Of a DNA stretch of 64,000 nt, positions 13,088-25,224 are shown one piece after another. The translations under genes and the position numbers were made by a program. Source of the DNA: Psilocybe cubensis (Eukaryota); contig JAFIQS020000014.1 in assembly GCA_017499595.2 (NCBI GenBank), positions 62,001 through 126,000 on the forward strand. Direction: 5' to 3'. Below the pieces are notes generated by a model, which worked only from the letters and a program-made list of their open reading frames with translations, was not told the DNA's origin and did no database searches. How positions within the stretch are numbered: position 1 is the first letter of the stretch; the number at the start of each line of letters is the position of its first letter.

Positions 13088-16000
13088 TTATGATGACAGG
13101 GCCAAATAGAGTTCTTTGTCAAAATATTTGTTTAATCGGAACTCGGTGCTAGTGGAATGACTGTTATGTGTAGTAAGGCTTCGCCTTGCCTTCTCGCCCA
13201 TCTGAGGGACCAGATCAACCAGGGAGCGTATTTGATTCAATGGTAAAATTCCACCCATAATGGTGTTATCTGTACGTTGACTTCGTTTTAATTTATACAT
13301 GCCGGTTATTGGCTCTGGGTAAGGTCCACGGATCGCAGAACCTAGAGACTGTGGCTGATTTAAAACCTCAAAACGTTGGACGTATGCGAGAAATCTTCCA
13401 GTAATATCGGGAGACACAGTACTGGGTGTCTCTCCGACAATGCGAAAAATAATACGAATGTCGACGACAGAATGGCCTACAATATTGGCTGGTCAACGGG
13501 GTTCGGAAAAAAGTCACAAAGAAGTACTACCTTGAAGCCCGCTGCGAGGCCACTCCTCAGATTCATCCACGTTTATGATTGCTGAATCGAAGTATCCAAA
13601 AGGATGTTTGTTAGATGGCGGATATGCATTAAGTGTGACTGCCTCCAGGATCTCATGAGGGTATTGGTACGCAGTCGACTGTATACGGACCTTATGCCAT
13701 ACCTCAAGTTTTGAATACGGCAACGGACAACCGGGAGGAGAAACACGCCTGCCAGTTATCCCCTTGATGTGATAACCTCGAGAATTGGTCTGTCTCGGAT
13801 TTGATTCCTTATTGATGAGTGACACATAATCGGCAATTGCTGGTCGTAGGTCGGGAATTTTAAAAATGCTCGCAACCTCGTCGATATGCAATCTTTTGGA
13901 ACTAGCATCCCTAGATAAATGGGCAACAACGTTTTTGCTGCAAGAAAATGTTCTGTAGGGGACTGGGCCTTCCAATACGCCACGCTCATAGAGACTAGCT
14001 TTGTAGAAGTAATCCACAATGCGATTGGACTTTGCTGATTGAAAGGTTGTCATCGGCATGATTGTTGAAAGAAGTTCTGACGTTGTGTCCATCACAACCT
14101 CGCCGTTTTCCTCCCCCTCATCCCCCTCCTCCTGCTCCTCCTCATCCGTAATTGTTGCAGAGTGTATAGCCCGAAAATCAATCCTCATTTCTCGTATAGC
14201 TGTAAACAAATCGAAATTGCGCAATTTGTCACGACGATCAAGGTATCGACAAACTTGAGGCTCGTATCTTTGATTATTGCTGGAACTGGAAGGGGCTTTG
14301 ACCACCTCGATATGTGCATGCTCTGTCGTGTCTGCAGACCATTGGATTGCACATCCATTTAGTCTAATTGCGTGTACTACACTTTGCAAAAACTCGAGTT
14401 TTGGAATATAGAAATTATCGATTGGGTTGTTTTTTTTTACCTCGACGTGCTCCCGCGTCAAGGATGGCTTGTTTATTGGCATGGAAATCTTGCAGTGCCT
14501 GCTCAATTCTGAGACACATTGCCTCGGAGATTGTTTGAGATTGTGCGAGATACCGAAAGTCCATCAGAGACCGGATGGCTAAGATAAAGGGTGTACTGAC
14601 TGTGTCTGCAATGAGAGCAACAATGTATCGCTGAACGTCCCGATGTTCCCTACCGGTCACTTGTTTCAAGGAAGAAATCCCTTCCTTGAAGTGTCGGAAA
14701 CCAGTGCGGTGCTGTAAAATCGAAAATCGAAAATCCAATTCGGAACCTCCGACTGCAGCAATGCACCATTTTGCATCATGATCCCAGAACATCTTGTGCC
14801 AGTGATGAAGGGGTTCAGGCGTAAGGAATGCAGAAGGATCAGACAAGGGCCAATCTCTCCAAAACGGTAGGTGAACCCCATTGAGACGGTGCTTTTTGCT
14901 TTCTTTTAGATATGGTTCGAGATGATTAGGGGGCTTAACATTGTTGATGGCCATGATGGTGTTGATTGTATGATCTGCAGTTCGGGAAGGGTGGCGAAAG
15001 GAATCCCCAAACGTCTCGTATTGTGCCAACGTCACAGAGGATGTGGATCCTGCGACGCAAGCCGCCAGAGCAGATTCTGGAGTATCAACGATAAGGGCAG
15101 CAAGCGGTGTAAAGCAGAAACGATTATTCCCCAATGCATCTGCCATGGTGGTTCCCACCCTCGCAGTTTGTTTGACCGATTCTAGAGCAATGTCCATGCA
15201 CTGGTGATATAGCCGTGCTGCCATCATCCCATTCACAGCTTTGGAGCGATGAAGAAACTTTGGTATGGGAAGAAGAACAAAAAGAAGGAATAAATGATTT
15301 GACGATTTGTTTCTAACGTTCATCATTATGTTGGCAATGCTGATAAGGCCAGGGTAGGCGACACGGCCTCCGGTCATGTTGGAAATGTTGGTTTTATCCG
15401 TGGAAATAATAGGAGGTATAAGTGTTGCTCCTTTTGGGAGCTGGTCCTTGGGAACCTTGTTATACTGTCGTCAAACTTGGACAAAGGCATTGCTACTAAC
15501 CTGCATAAAATGCGCAATGTCACCGCTAAACCACTCAGTGTATACCCGCATCATCTCGTTGCACTTGTCGAAGAGCTTGAATGGGCTAAAGTGCATGCTA
15601 TCTTGGAGCAAGGGACTGATGAGAAGCGCCTTGATACATTCCAATCCATCGCGGTAAAAAAGCGTTAGCTGATTTTTGCTTGGTATTTCTGGTATGATCG
15701 TTTGACTCTTCCACTGCGGACCAGAGGGAAGGATCTCTGCCCGGTTGCGTAGATCTTTTGCCGACTTGTAGGACAAGTTGAGTTTTTTTATCTATACGGG
15801 ATCGACTCAGCTGAAATAAATAATGATGGGAATGTACGCTCAATTACCAGTTCAAGTTTCAAAAAATCATTCAGCATTCCTACGCTCATGTCAGAGCGAA
15901 GTAGGAACAGGGAGAGCTCCCATTCATCTTTCGAGGCAAAAGGATAGTACAAATTTTCCGCCCGCTGGGGTTCGAATTGATCCTGTTTGAGCTGATCCAT

Positions 16001-16393
16001 GAATGTAAGGCCTGTTCCAAATGCTCTTCCAGCCCCGTTATAATCCTCCTTCACGTACGGATAGTTGTATTTTGATGCCTTGGGGGGTGGGTCATCTTCC
16101 ATCTCTGATGACGCGCCAAGAAAATTGTCGATATAGTCCACTTCCATAAAATTACCAATTTCGGGAGAAGGGTCTCGAGATACGGGGGTTGCTGATCTAG
16201 ATGTAGAGCTTGAACGATTGGACTGAAAATGCATAACGTTCTCATATTGAAAACGACATGCCGATTTTGGTTGATTGATGTGATTTTGGACATCTGCATG
16301 CTTAGCGAATGGCTTGTTGCATCGAGGACAACGCACACAGATTTCCTGAGTTCTCTTGCCCTTGCCCTTTCCCATGTTGAAACAACGACTCAT
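13088..16393 (-). CDS. Plavaka transposase with N-terminal zinc finger; +1 frameshift in a homopolymer at 14430-14438
   Basis: YYPFASKDEWEL, AEILPSGPQWK, RVYTEWFSGD, GATLIPPIISTDKTNIS, TGGRVAYPGLISIANI, PEPLHHWHKMFWDHD, QVTGREHRDVQRY, IPKLEFLQS, QWSADTTEHAHI, FRLNKYFD. Confidence 0.93.
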
Positions 16394-16864
16394 ACAAAAG
16401 CGAAGATACGAAAAAAAAACTGATAATGTAATGTTCAGTAACGTGCAGTGGGTCTATAAATGTTATCTGATTATGTCTCCGTTAATACAAACAAATTTCA
16501 CATGGGTTAGTATTCAACCAATCCGTAGTACAATCCAAGGAGGGCTTCGGAAGAGCTTTACTGTATATACGCACCAGAACAAAGACACTAACACATTTTT
16601 TGAAGTGGGTGGAAGAAGCATCAACAAACGTAAGTTAGTTGATTTCATTGACCTTGATGATAAATTCAAACGCACAGCAGTTACAGTAAAGCCAGAAGCT
16701 TTCATCCCAGCGAGAATTTGCGTATTGGTCTGGCGATACGAGCAGCACACAACTACAGATAATAAAACAATCGTCATTATGTTACAGGACATACACGCCT
16801 TTCAGTACTAAATAAAACATGGCATGTATGTAAATCAAGATGTGTGTCAATGTGTTGTACAATA

Positions 16865-19800
16865 TCAAAGTCGCCGTCGTTTAGAAGGCGGAACAGACTC
16901 TGATTCTGATGAAGAGATAAGCATTTGCGACGTAAAGGCATAATCAAACACACGTACTCGGATTTGTGCTCTCCAGCTTGACTTTCATGCCATCCAGATA
17001 CAGTTTATCCCTCACACTCGTACCAAGTTCCAGAATCTCCTTGGGAGTTCCTAGTTTGTGACGTGGTTAGTGAATATCCAAAGGCAGACACTGGTCCACC
17101 TACTCAATTGCGTTGAGGAATCCGCACAGGCATCACAGTCAATGAGAGTGATTACGGGTAACTTGAGCATCTTTGGGACCGAGGAACGAGGAAGCTGGTC
17201 GATACTGCGACATATAACCTTGTTCAATTCTCCGCTGCAGACGCCCTGAAGCTGGACAAAAAGCAAACTGGTGTCGGTACAGCAAGGGGCACCACCAATG
17301 TTGTTATGTTTGGCTTCTGCGTCGTAGGCTAGAATCATACGGGCATAGCGGCAAAGTATCATTTCATGGAACTTTTCTGTCGCCATGATATTTTGTGCAT
17401 CCTTGTTTTTGTCCGTCTCAATCATGTAGTGGATGGACTTCGTGCGATGACATAGCCACTCTAGAATAGCCAAGGCTTCGCCACGGGCAAAGATGCACGC
17501 CTTGCGCTCTTCGTCGCTCAGGCTGTTGGTATCCCACCGCATCCATGCGTCTAACTGTGCCGAAGTCTTGGTGGAGAACATCTGATCGGGATTTCGATAG
17601 GTCTCGTAGTCGAGCGCATTTGCCAAGATCATGCACACGCACAGAGCTATCAAGCTCGAGTATCCGGACTGCGTACTGTAGAATGGGACATGGTACATTT
17701 CATAAAAATCTGAGAGAAAATAGAAGAAAAGAATCAGATATCTTGTAGGAAACGGTAAAAAACCTCATACCTTCTGGGTCGCTGTCACCTTCAACCAAAA
17801 CCTTGTAGAACCAATGTATGGTTTGCTGCAGGAAAAATCGGGACGTTGAATGATTCGTATTCGTTGCCCTGTATCCAGCGGTAAAACAGTGAATGATTCC
17901 TGTCAGGGTTTCTTCGAAGGAAGTGGAGGAGTAAAAATGTCCGCCACGGCAAACCACTGAGGAGATAGAATACGCCATATGTAGAGTATTCGGTCTCATG
18001 AAGCTGTTTTTCAAAGTAGCGTCAATATAATCAAATGGGTAGGACATTCAAAAATCACATACAGTTCTGACTGGTTATCGAGAACAATCGCCTCGTAAAT
18101 CCAGTCTTGGTGGTGCGTTTCCCCGTAATCCAGCTTGTCTCCCAGAAATACACGGCGGTCAGAAGAAAGGTCAACATCCAACCGTCTGGGATACATGATA
18201 ATCCACAGCTTCAGTCCATGAAGAGGTTGGATGAAGGAACAGAAACCATTGGCATCGATATGGATATCTGAAAATGCCCCCTCTGTAGCTACGAGTCCCC
18301 ATGACATATCACCAAATGGGACGGGGGTACTATACTTCCAGCTACCAGATGTAGCCCGAAGAGCAGCCGCCTCAGTACTCAAGTCAAAAGAGTGAGCGCC
18401 TGCATGAGGTAAAGGGATGTCGAGGGCATTGAGGATCTTTCCTCTTTTGCCTTTCATCCTCGCTGCTTCCATGACCTGAGAGAGGGACCCACGCTTAATC
18501 CTCTCGATGGGGTTAGACGACATGGTCGACATATCTGTTACGGCCATTAGCATGAGACGCAGAAAGAAAAATCAAAACATCGAAGAGGAAACACACCTTG
18601 GATTGACCTGGTGCTCGTCATATCACCCATATGGCGACGTACCTGGCTGTAGAACTCGTCGGAGCAAGTTGAAATAGACTCCTCTTGAGAAGGAGACATA
18701 AGGACGACGTTCCTTTCAGAGAAAGACTCCATCAGATACATGGATTTCGTGGTGCTGCGGTCAAATACCGCAAAACATGATTCTTCGGGACGTGCTATGT
18801 GCAATGGAACTCCATCGACGTAGTCACTCTCGACCAATTCCAGAACCCTTTCAACACGATCCACGTCGGCTTGACTCTTGTTTGGAGAATAAATAAATGA
18901 CGAAAAAATCAATATCGAGAATGACTTACATGGGCAACAACGCAGAAACTTTTAAGTTGGCCACGACCGTTGTAGGTGGACCAAACTTTGGTGCCATACA
19001 CCTTCTCCGGAGTGCTGACGACATCAAGGGTGGTGTTGCTGTCGTACAGATCGACATCAATACACAGGTCGTCGTCCGAATCAAATGTGTCGGTAGCCTG
19101 CGTCGGCTTGCGTTTGGGAGGCCGCTTGGAAAGGCCCTGCCGGCCCTTCCCTTTCCCTTTCTGAGAGGAGTCAGCCGTGGTGTTTTTGCTCCTGTTTATC
19201 TGGGAAACAGGAGGAATCCTCAAAATAAGAGGAGCAGGAGGTGCGTTCTCCCCCTCCTTTTCGCCTTGGCTGTCTTCCAATGTATTCCTCTCCATGTCTG
19301 AGGAATCATTGTTTTGCTCTGGGCCTACCCCCTCTCCATCGACCGACATTCTGTCCTCCTGGACTGGTGGAACATCCCCTTGCCCCTGCTTCTCGGTCTC
19401 ATTGTCCGACGAACTGTCGTCTGGCCTTTCCTCCTCACCATCTTCTGACATTCGGTTCTCCTCGTCGGGTCGTTCTCCGTCTTGCCCCTGCTTTTCGCCC
19501 TCGTGAACTTCCGACATACGATTTGCCTCGTCAGAAGACCCTTCAGCTCCTTGTCCAGCCCCGCCGTCTCCCAAATTTTCTGGACCATTGGTATGTGGAC
19601 CATCCTCCATTTGATGGTCGACATCAGCTTGCTCCGGATCGACGTTCATCTCACAATCCCCTGCAGTTGAGGGCCCAGTATTCTCAGTCTGAAGTAGACC
19701 AGATCCAATATCATCACTCCGCGGCAAACCAGGTTGCTCGTCCGTGGGCACATCCTTGCCAGCCACCGAAGATGTGTCTTCCGGAGGCTGTATATCTGAG

Positions 19801-21428
19801 GTAGGGACCGTATTGTCCCCGTTCTCCTGTTGACCCATGCTGACATCCTTGCCAGCCACTGAAGACGTGTCTTCCGGAGGCTGTATATTTGAGGTAGGGA
19901 CCGTATTGTCCCCGTTCTCCCGTTGACCCATGCTGACCATTTCCGTCGTGTCCACTTCGTGATCATCGTCACCCTCCGCGTCTGCGTCGGACCCTTCACA
20001 GGTGGTTTTTTCACCATGATGGGAAACGGTCTGAAGTTGAGCTGTTTTAAACGGATTTAAATCATGTAATTGACGCAGACTTTGCTTATAACTTACCGTG
20101 TGGTTCAGTGCTGCGCCTTGCTAGGTTAGAATTTGCTGTAACCTCGGCGCTGCTCGTTGACGCTGGCCAATTATTAGTTTAAATTGTTATTTTGTTACAG
20201 TACGTAGAACACACATATGAAAAAGTGAAACGCGGGATCTTGTGCAATTACCCGCTCGCATTCCATCCAGCAGTCTGAGATAACAAGTTTATATAAGGCT
20301 GACTGGATGTCGCAATTTTGCGCTGCAATGATTTTCCAAATTTCCATCTCCACTTCACGCAGAACACGGGGGCGACAATTACCGAGCGCTTTTGAGGCCT
20401 AAAGGAGTGCGTTAATCCAAGTTAAACTGGGAGGATGTGGATACACCTACTTTAAGCAGCTGCTCCCGGTCACATTTCTTAGAATACCAAGATTTATTCA
20501 CAAAAAGAAGGATGGGGGATATGAAAAGGGCGACATGCAGAGGAATTTTTAAATGAGATGGCGTGACCTCTGAGAGGAACAACGCAGCATCAGGATGGCC
20601 GCTTGCACTAGGGTATGTTGAGCAGATTGTATCAATGAATAGAGGAAAGAAAACTTACTAGAGATTTGCAAGAGTAGCCGTGTCCGTTGGAATGTCTGGT
20701 AGAACGTGTTCATCGTCCTTCATACCGCGCATTCCTGACAAGATTTGGTAGTGTAGCGAGGCACAGTACACATTCCCGATTATTTTCCCCACAACACCCT
20801 TGAAGTGGTTACGCGCCAGACAGAGTAATAGCGTTGATTCCGAGGGCCCGCCCTGGGTGAAAGCGGATGACGGCGTGTCACTGATAGAAGGGGTGTTGAT
20901 GTTTCTGTGCGACTTAGAGTCGGCTCTGAGGATGCGCTTCCTGGCAGAGCAGAGCATTGCCGGCCAGTCCTTCAAGTCATCTACAAGCTACAATAATTGT
21001 TTGAAAATTAAGAATTAACATTGAGTGACTTCATGATCGCATACCTTGAACCGTGAAAATATTTCCTTAGTTCTTGTGCTGGCCTGTATTTCATTCAGGG
21101 GCACGGTCACCGGCAACGATGGTCCAAAGGCTGCTGGCCACAACGCTACGAGATCGAGTAGACGGTATGCTGCAAATAAGCTACCCGCCTGCTCCCATGT
21201 AGCCGAGGTTACGCAGGGTGTCTCTACGATGCTGTTCTGAAGGGCAGCCAAGCTTTGCCTATACTTGATGGCCGCTCGCATGCTCGATGATGAAACATCG
21301 TAATTCAAAAAGGTGAAGTCCTCATATCGTCGGAGGAAATCCACCATCCTCTACAGAAACTTGATATTAGTACCATAAATGGCAATCCAATTAAGACCTA
21401 CGCGGAGTGGGTGCGACTCTGGCAACAT
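16865..21428 (-). CDS. Large multi-exon JmjC-domain (2OG-Fe(II) oxygenase, demethylase-like) protein with long acidic linker (Plavaka cargo)
   Basis: WGLVATEGAFSDIHIDANGFCSF...GLKLWII...FMRPNTLHMAYS...CRGGHFY gives an HxD...H metal triad. Predicted start MLPESHPLR|RMVDFL and end SKRRRL*. Joining of all exons into one gene is inferred. Confidence 0.8.
19751..19936. repeat. 93-bp in-frame tandem duplication inside the JmjC gene
   Basis: MGQRENGDNTVPTSNIQPPEDTSSVAGKDVS occurs twice with few substitutions. Confidence 0.92.
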
Positions 21429-21753
21429 GTTTTCCAGAGTCTGACGAACGACCTGCGTTTCGAAGGGAAACGCCAGAATTTCTTCAGCTTGGAGTCGGGC
21501 AACGGGGGAAATCTTCTGGGCTTGCACTACAAAACTTCAACGTCTCACCCTGCATTCTATTTCTTTGGGTACTTACTTTTTTTTGTGTGTTTTTTTCTGG
21601 TGTCTCAAATTTTCAACTAGATGAATTTTAACTGAACGAAAACTATTATAGAGTGTCTAGAGTATTGTCTATGTCTATTTTATTAGAATGTATGTTAAAT
21701 CTATGGGGAGGGGTACTACGCTATGACGAACGGAAAGAAAAACAATCAAGTTG

Positions 21754-21930
21754 GAAACACGCTATTTCCGGAGCGATTCTTTAGGGTAGGTTTCCCGTCC
21801 TGAAGTCACGAGTTGGTTAAAAAAACGCCCCCTTACATCAGGCTGATGTAAGGGGGCGTTTTTTTAACCAACTCGTGACTTCAGGACGGGAAACCTACCC
21901 TAAAGAATCGCTCCGGAAATAGCGTGTTTC
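21754..21930. repeat. Perfect palindrome: 88-bp arms, 1-nt loop at 21842; imperfect extension 21718-21967
   Basis: GAAACACGCTATTTCCGG...CCTTACATCAG-G-CTGATGTAAGG...CCGGAAATAGCGTGTTTC; outer ACGCTATGACGAACGGAAAGA pairs with TCTTTCCGTTCATCATAGCGT. Confidence 0.97.
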
Positions 21931-22070
21931 TCACCATATGTTTTCTCTTTCCGTTCATCATAGCGTCTTATCATAGTAATAGGTTGTGTAGTATCTAAAA
22001 ATAAATTATCACAAGTTAAGATGATAAATTAAGTGAGATGAACATCGATTAACAGTCTTTAAGACCCACA

Positions 22071-24430
22071 ATGTCTAGTTATAAACGCAGACGACTTGAC
22101 AGCCTAGGCAACCGCACAGTGTGTACTAATCCAACCCTCCATCTAATCACTAACTTCAGGGAAATTTAATTATGATCTCAAAAAATCAGGACATTAATCC
22201 CTTCATAGACATTGAAGCAGCGGTTTCCGATGATGATGAAAGTTCGGAAGAGCTTGATTATGAAGGGGGCCAACTACGTATGTTCCAATAATTTACATAT
22301 ATTCTGCTCAATATGTACTGATGCTAATGGGTTCTGACATACAGTGAATGATAACGATGAATACTCTGAGGATGAGGAACGTGTTGCACACTCTCGGCTA
22401 TATCATGCCATGCAAAATACAGATAACGCTGATGAATGGAGCGATTTGTTGCCCATGCTTCTGCCTTCACGCATGAAAATTCGTCCTGACAATGATATAG
22501 AGCCATCTAGTTCACGAGAACTTATACAGAAATATGGCAATCCCCAACCAGGAGGACTTGGTGATAATAATTATATGCCTTCCGCGACTGATATCATGTA
22601 TGAAATAGGTTGCAAGGTACGCAAAAATAATATAAGTCTTCAGTCAGCATTTATTGATCACCTTACGAGTGATAGGTTGGACGCGAAAAGGCCGTCGCTT
22701 TCAAAATTATGCAGATGTCAACGAACCCTACATTTCCCATCATCCTTGCCCGGTCTGTCTTCGCTCAATCCTCAATTCCTGGGAGAATCTACGTCGAGGC
22801 GCCATCAATGCAACATGCGCATACGTTAGCCTGCCTCGTTAGAGAGCTTAATCCGACACATTTAGTTAGGCTATCCTCGGAGAGATGTATGGAGATCCTA
22901 TCTCATCCCCCACCCTCACGCCCTGAAGACCAATCGTGGGTCAAGGTTGCTGGAAAGCGTAAGGCTTGGACGACCTACGCAAATGCTACCGGCCTTGTGT
23001 TCACATTCCAGGGTCGGAAAAGTGTTGTTCTTATCCCCAGACCTCCGGACAACATCAAGAAATCGCACCTCGACAGGATATTCCAGGATGGATTTATTAT
23101 CACGGATTTCGACGCCATCGATCTCAAATATCTTTCCAATGTCCTCCCAACATCGTCCGAGTTGGAGCAATTTCGCGAGTGTCCATTTGTAACGACGGAG
23201 ACCTTAGCGCAAGCCTCGAAAGCCATCTCCATGACTCGACTGAAACGATATGATCGAGTCAAAATTATTGGTGGAGAATACTTAGGTCTTTTTGGAACGG
23301 TCAAGAGTGTTTCTGACGCTGAGGTGGAAGTGCACATCCCCTCCCAAGGTATAACACAAGCAGTTGCACTACACGATCTACGTGCAGCTTTCCAGATAGG
23401 CGATAGTGTTGAAGTCGTTGAAGGGGATCACAAAGATCTCCATGGATGGGTGTCAGACTTTGATGGAAGATCTGTTTGTATTATCGCCCCAGAGCACGAA
23501 CGCGAAGTAGGTGAACTGTCATTCTCTTTGTCTCAGTAGTGTTCAACACATTTTTCAGGTCATTGTGCCCATCCACACAGTCATATTCTACGTCCCCCCT
23601 GCCCATGCTACTCTTCGCCCGCGAAAGCGTCATTCGTCAAAGCTTGGAGAAAGAGACCACAACGACGTCTATATAGGTTTGAGTGTCATCGTTGTCGGGA
23701 ATAATACATTCAAGGGGTACTATGGCATCGTTAAAAGCACTACCCCCGACGGCTTTGCAGACGTTGAGCTGGAAGCTCGTAACCAGAGGGTGGAACGTAT
23801 TAAAATATCACATTTAATTATACAGTATGTGGTTTCACTTGATTCGTTGACTGTCAGGTGCTTACTGACATTGTTTCAAGCAACCGAGAACATATAAATT
23901 CCGCTCAAGACCCCGGGCCTTCTGGTGGAGCAACTCCAATGCCGTCCACAGTAGCAAGTTTTCTGTCTCCTGCATGGAATCCGTATTCAGCAATACCTGT
24001 ACACTCGGCGGTGGAAATCGCAGAACTACCCTCAACCGTCGCTCACTGGCTAGATACGAAATACGATAAGCTGAAAGGATTACGATTAAAAGTCGTAGAC
24101 AAATCCAAGGGCGACCATCAAGTGGCGATGGAACTTCTCAGCCTTACCGACGATACTGCCCACCTAGCATTACTGGGACGTACACTGACATTACCGAAAT
24201 CAGTGTTGTTTCCAATTCATCCTGTAAAAAAGGACGACTTCGTTACACCGCTTGAGGGCGATTCAATGGGGATTATATTCAGGATACGATCAATAGACAA
24301 GGATATTTGCGTTGTACATAAATATCCCGTTACTCGTATGAAACGCGGTGATACATTCCCAACTTTTCCGACAACATCTTTGATTCAAATCTTCCCCCCG
24401 TCCCGTGGTGTCAAAGTTGTAAATATGTAG
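22071..24430 (+). CDS. Divergent SPT5-like transcription elongation factor (Plavaka cargo)
   Basis: Acidic N-terminus NPFIDIEAAVSDDDE; NGN-like YEIGCK|VGREKAVAFKIM...SVFAQSSIPGRIYVEA; KOW motifs DRVKIIGGEYLGLFGTV, GDSVEVVEGDHKDLHGWV, VIVVGNNTFKGYYGIVK; residual CTR-like GGATPM...SPAWNPYS. Confidence 0.85.
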
Positions 24431-24597
24431 GGTGCAGCATTACTTGTATTTCGAACACGGACTTGTAGACATATACGGGTTTTATGTCATTCTATTTAAG
24501 TGTATTTCGGCAATCAACAGTGCTAATGGTTCGTAATGTGTTGATCGTCTTGAACTTAAGCCACCACCACCACACCAAATTGTTGCCTATCTTTATC

Positions 24598-24953
24598 ATG
24601 AACCATTCCAATAGCAACAACGCTTCGCAACCTCAAAGTCGCCGCCTCCCTAGCATACCCGAAGAGGCAGAGTTCTTCGTTTTAGGTCTATTTTCATGTT
24701 TTAATCCACCTTCCTCTAGAATCAAGGCATAGAGGCCGTTAAAAAGGCTCTTGACCAATTTCAACTCACTGAACAGAGGTGTCTAGAAGTTCAGGCAGAG
24801 CTACGTTGTTATATGGACGACATTATGCGAGCATATAAATCCAATGAAGATCTTCTGTTTGAAACCCAGCTCGAAATCGCCCGTCTACGGGTATCCCTCA
24901 TTAGTCGGGGAATACCTATTCTAATGCACCCTCAGGATAATCCGCGATCATGA
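24598..24953 (+). CDS. Small hypothetical coiled-coil protein, 2 exons (Plavaka cargo)
   Basis: MNHSNSNNASQPQSRRLPSIPEEAEFFVL|...EAVKKALDQFQLTEQRCLEVQAEL...ETQLEIARLRVSL...PRS*. Confidence 0.5.
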
Positions 24954-25224
24954 TAGGTGCAGTCTTTTCCCCTCTGAGATGTAACTTTACTTAACTCTAA
25001 GTAGGACATGGAATCTGACTATAATGTATATGTGATATATTGTAGTAGATAGGGGTACTGTTTCAGTACCTGTAATTTCTATATGGCACGATATATTTTT
25101 GACTGATGTCCGTCGCCTTAAATTTTGAAAAGAGGCTAATTTCGCATACCTCCGGATCGTAGCTTGACATAATTCACCACCCCTTATCTCTATTTCTGCA
25201 TTACAACCGTCAAACCAGCCCAAT

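Noticed and set aside
16400-16860. Possible extra gene between the JmjC and Plavaka genes
   Set aside because: No convincing spliced model or motif; treated as intergenic.
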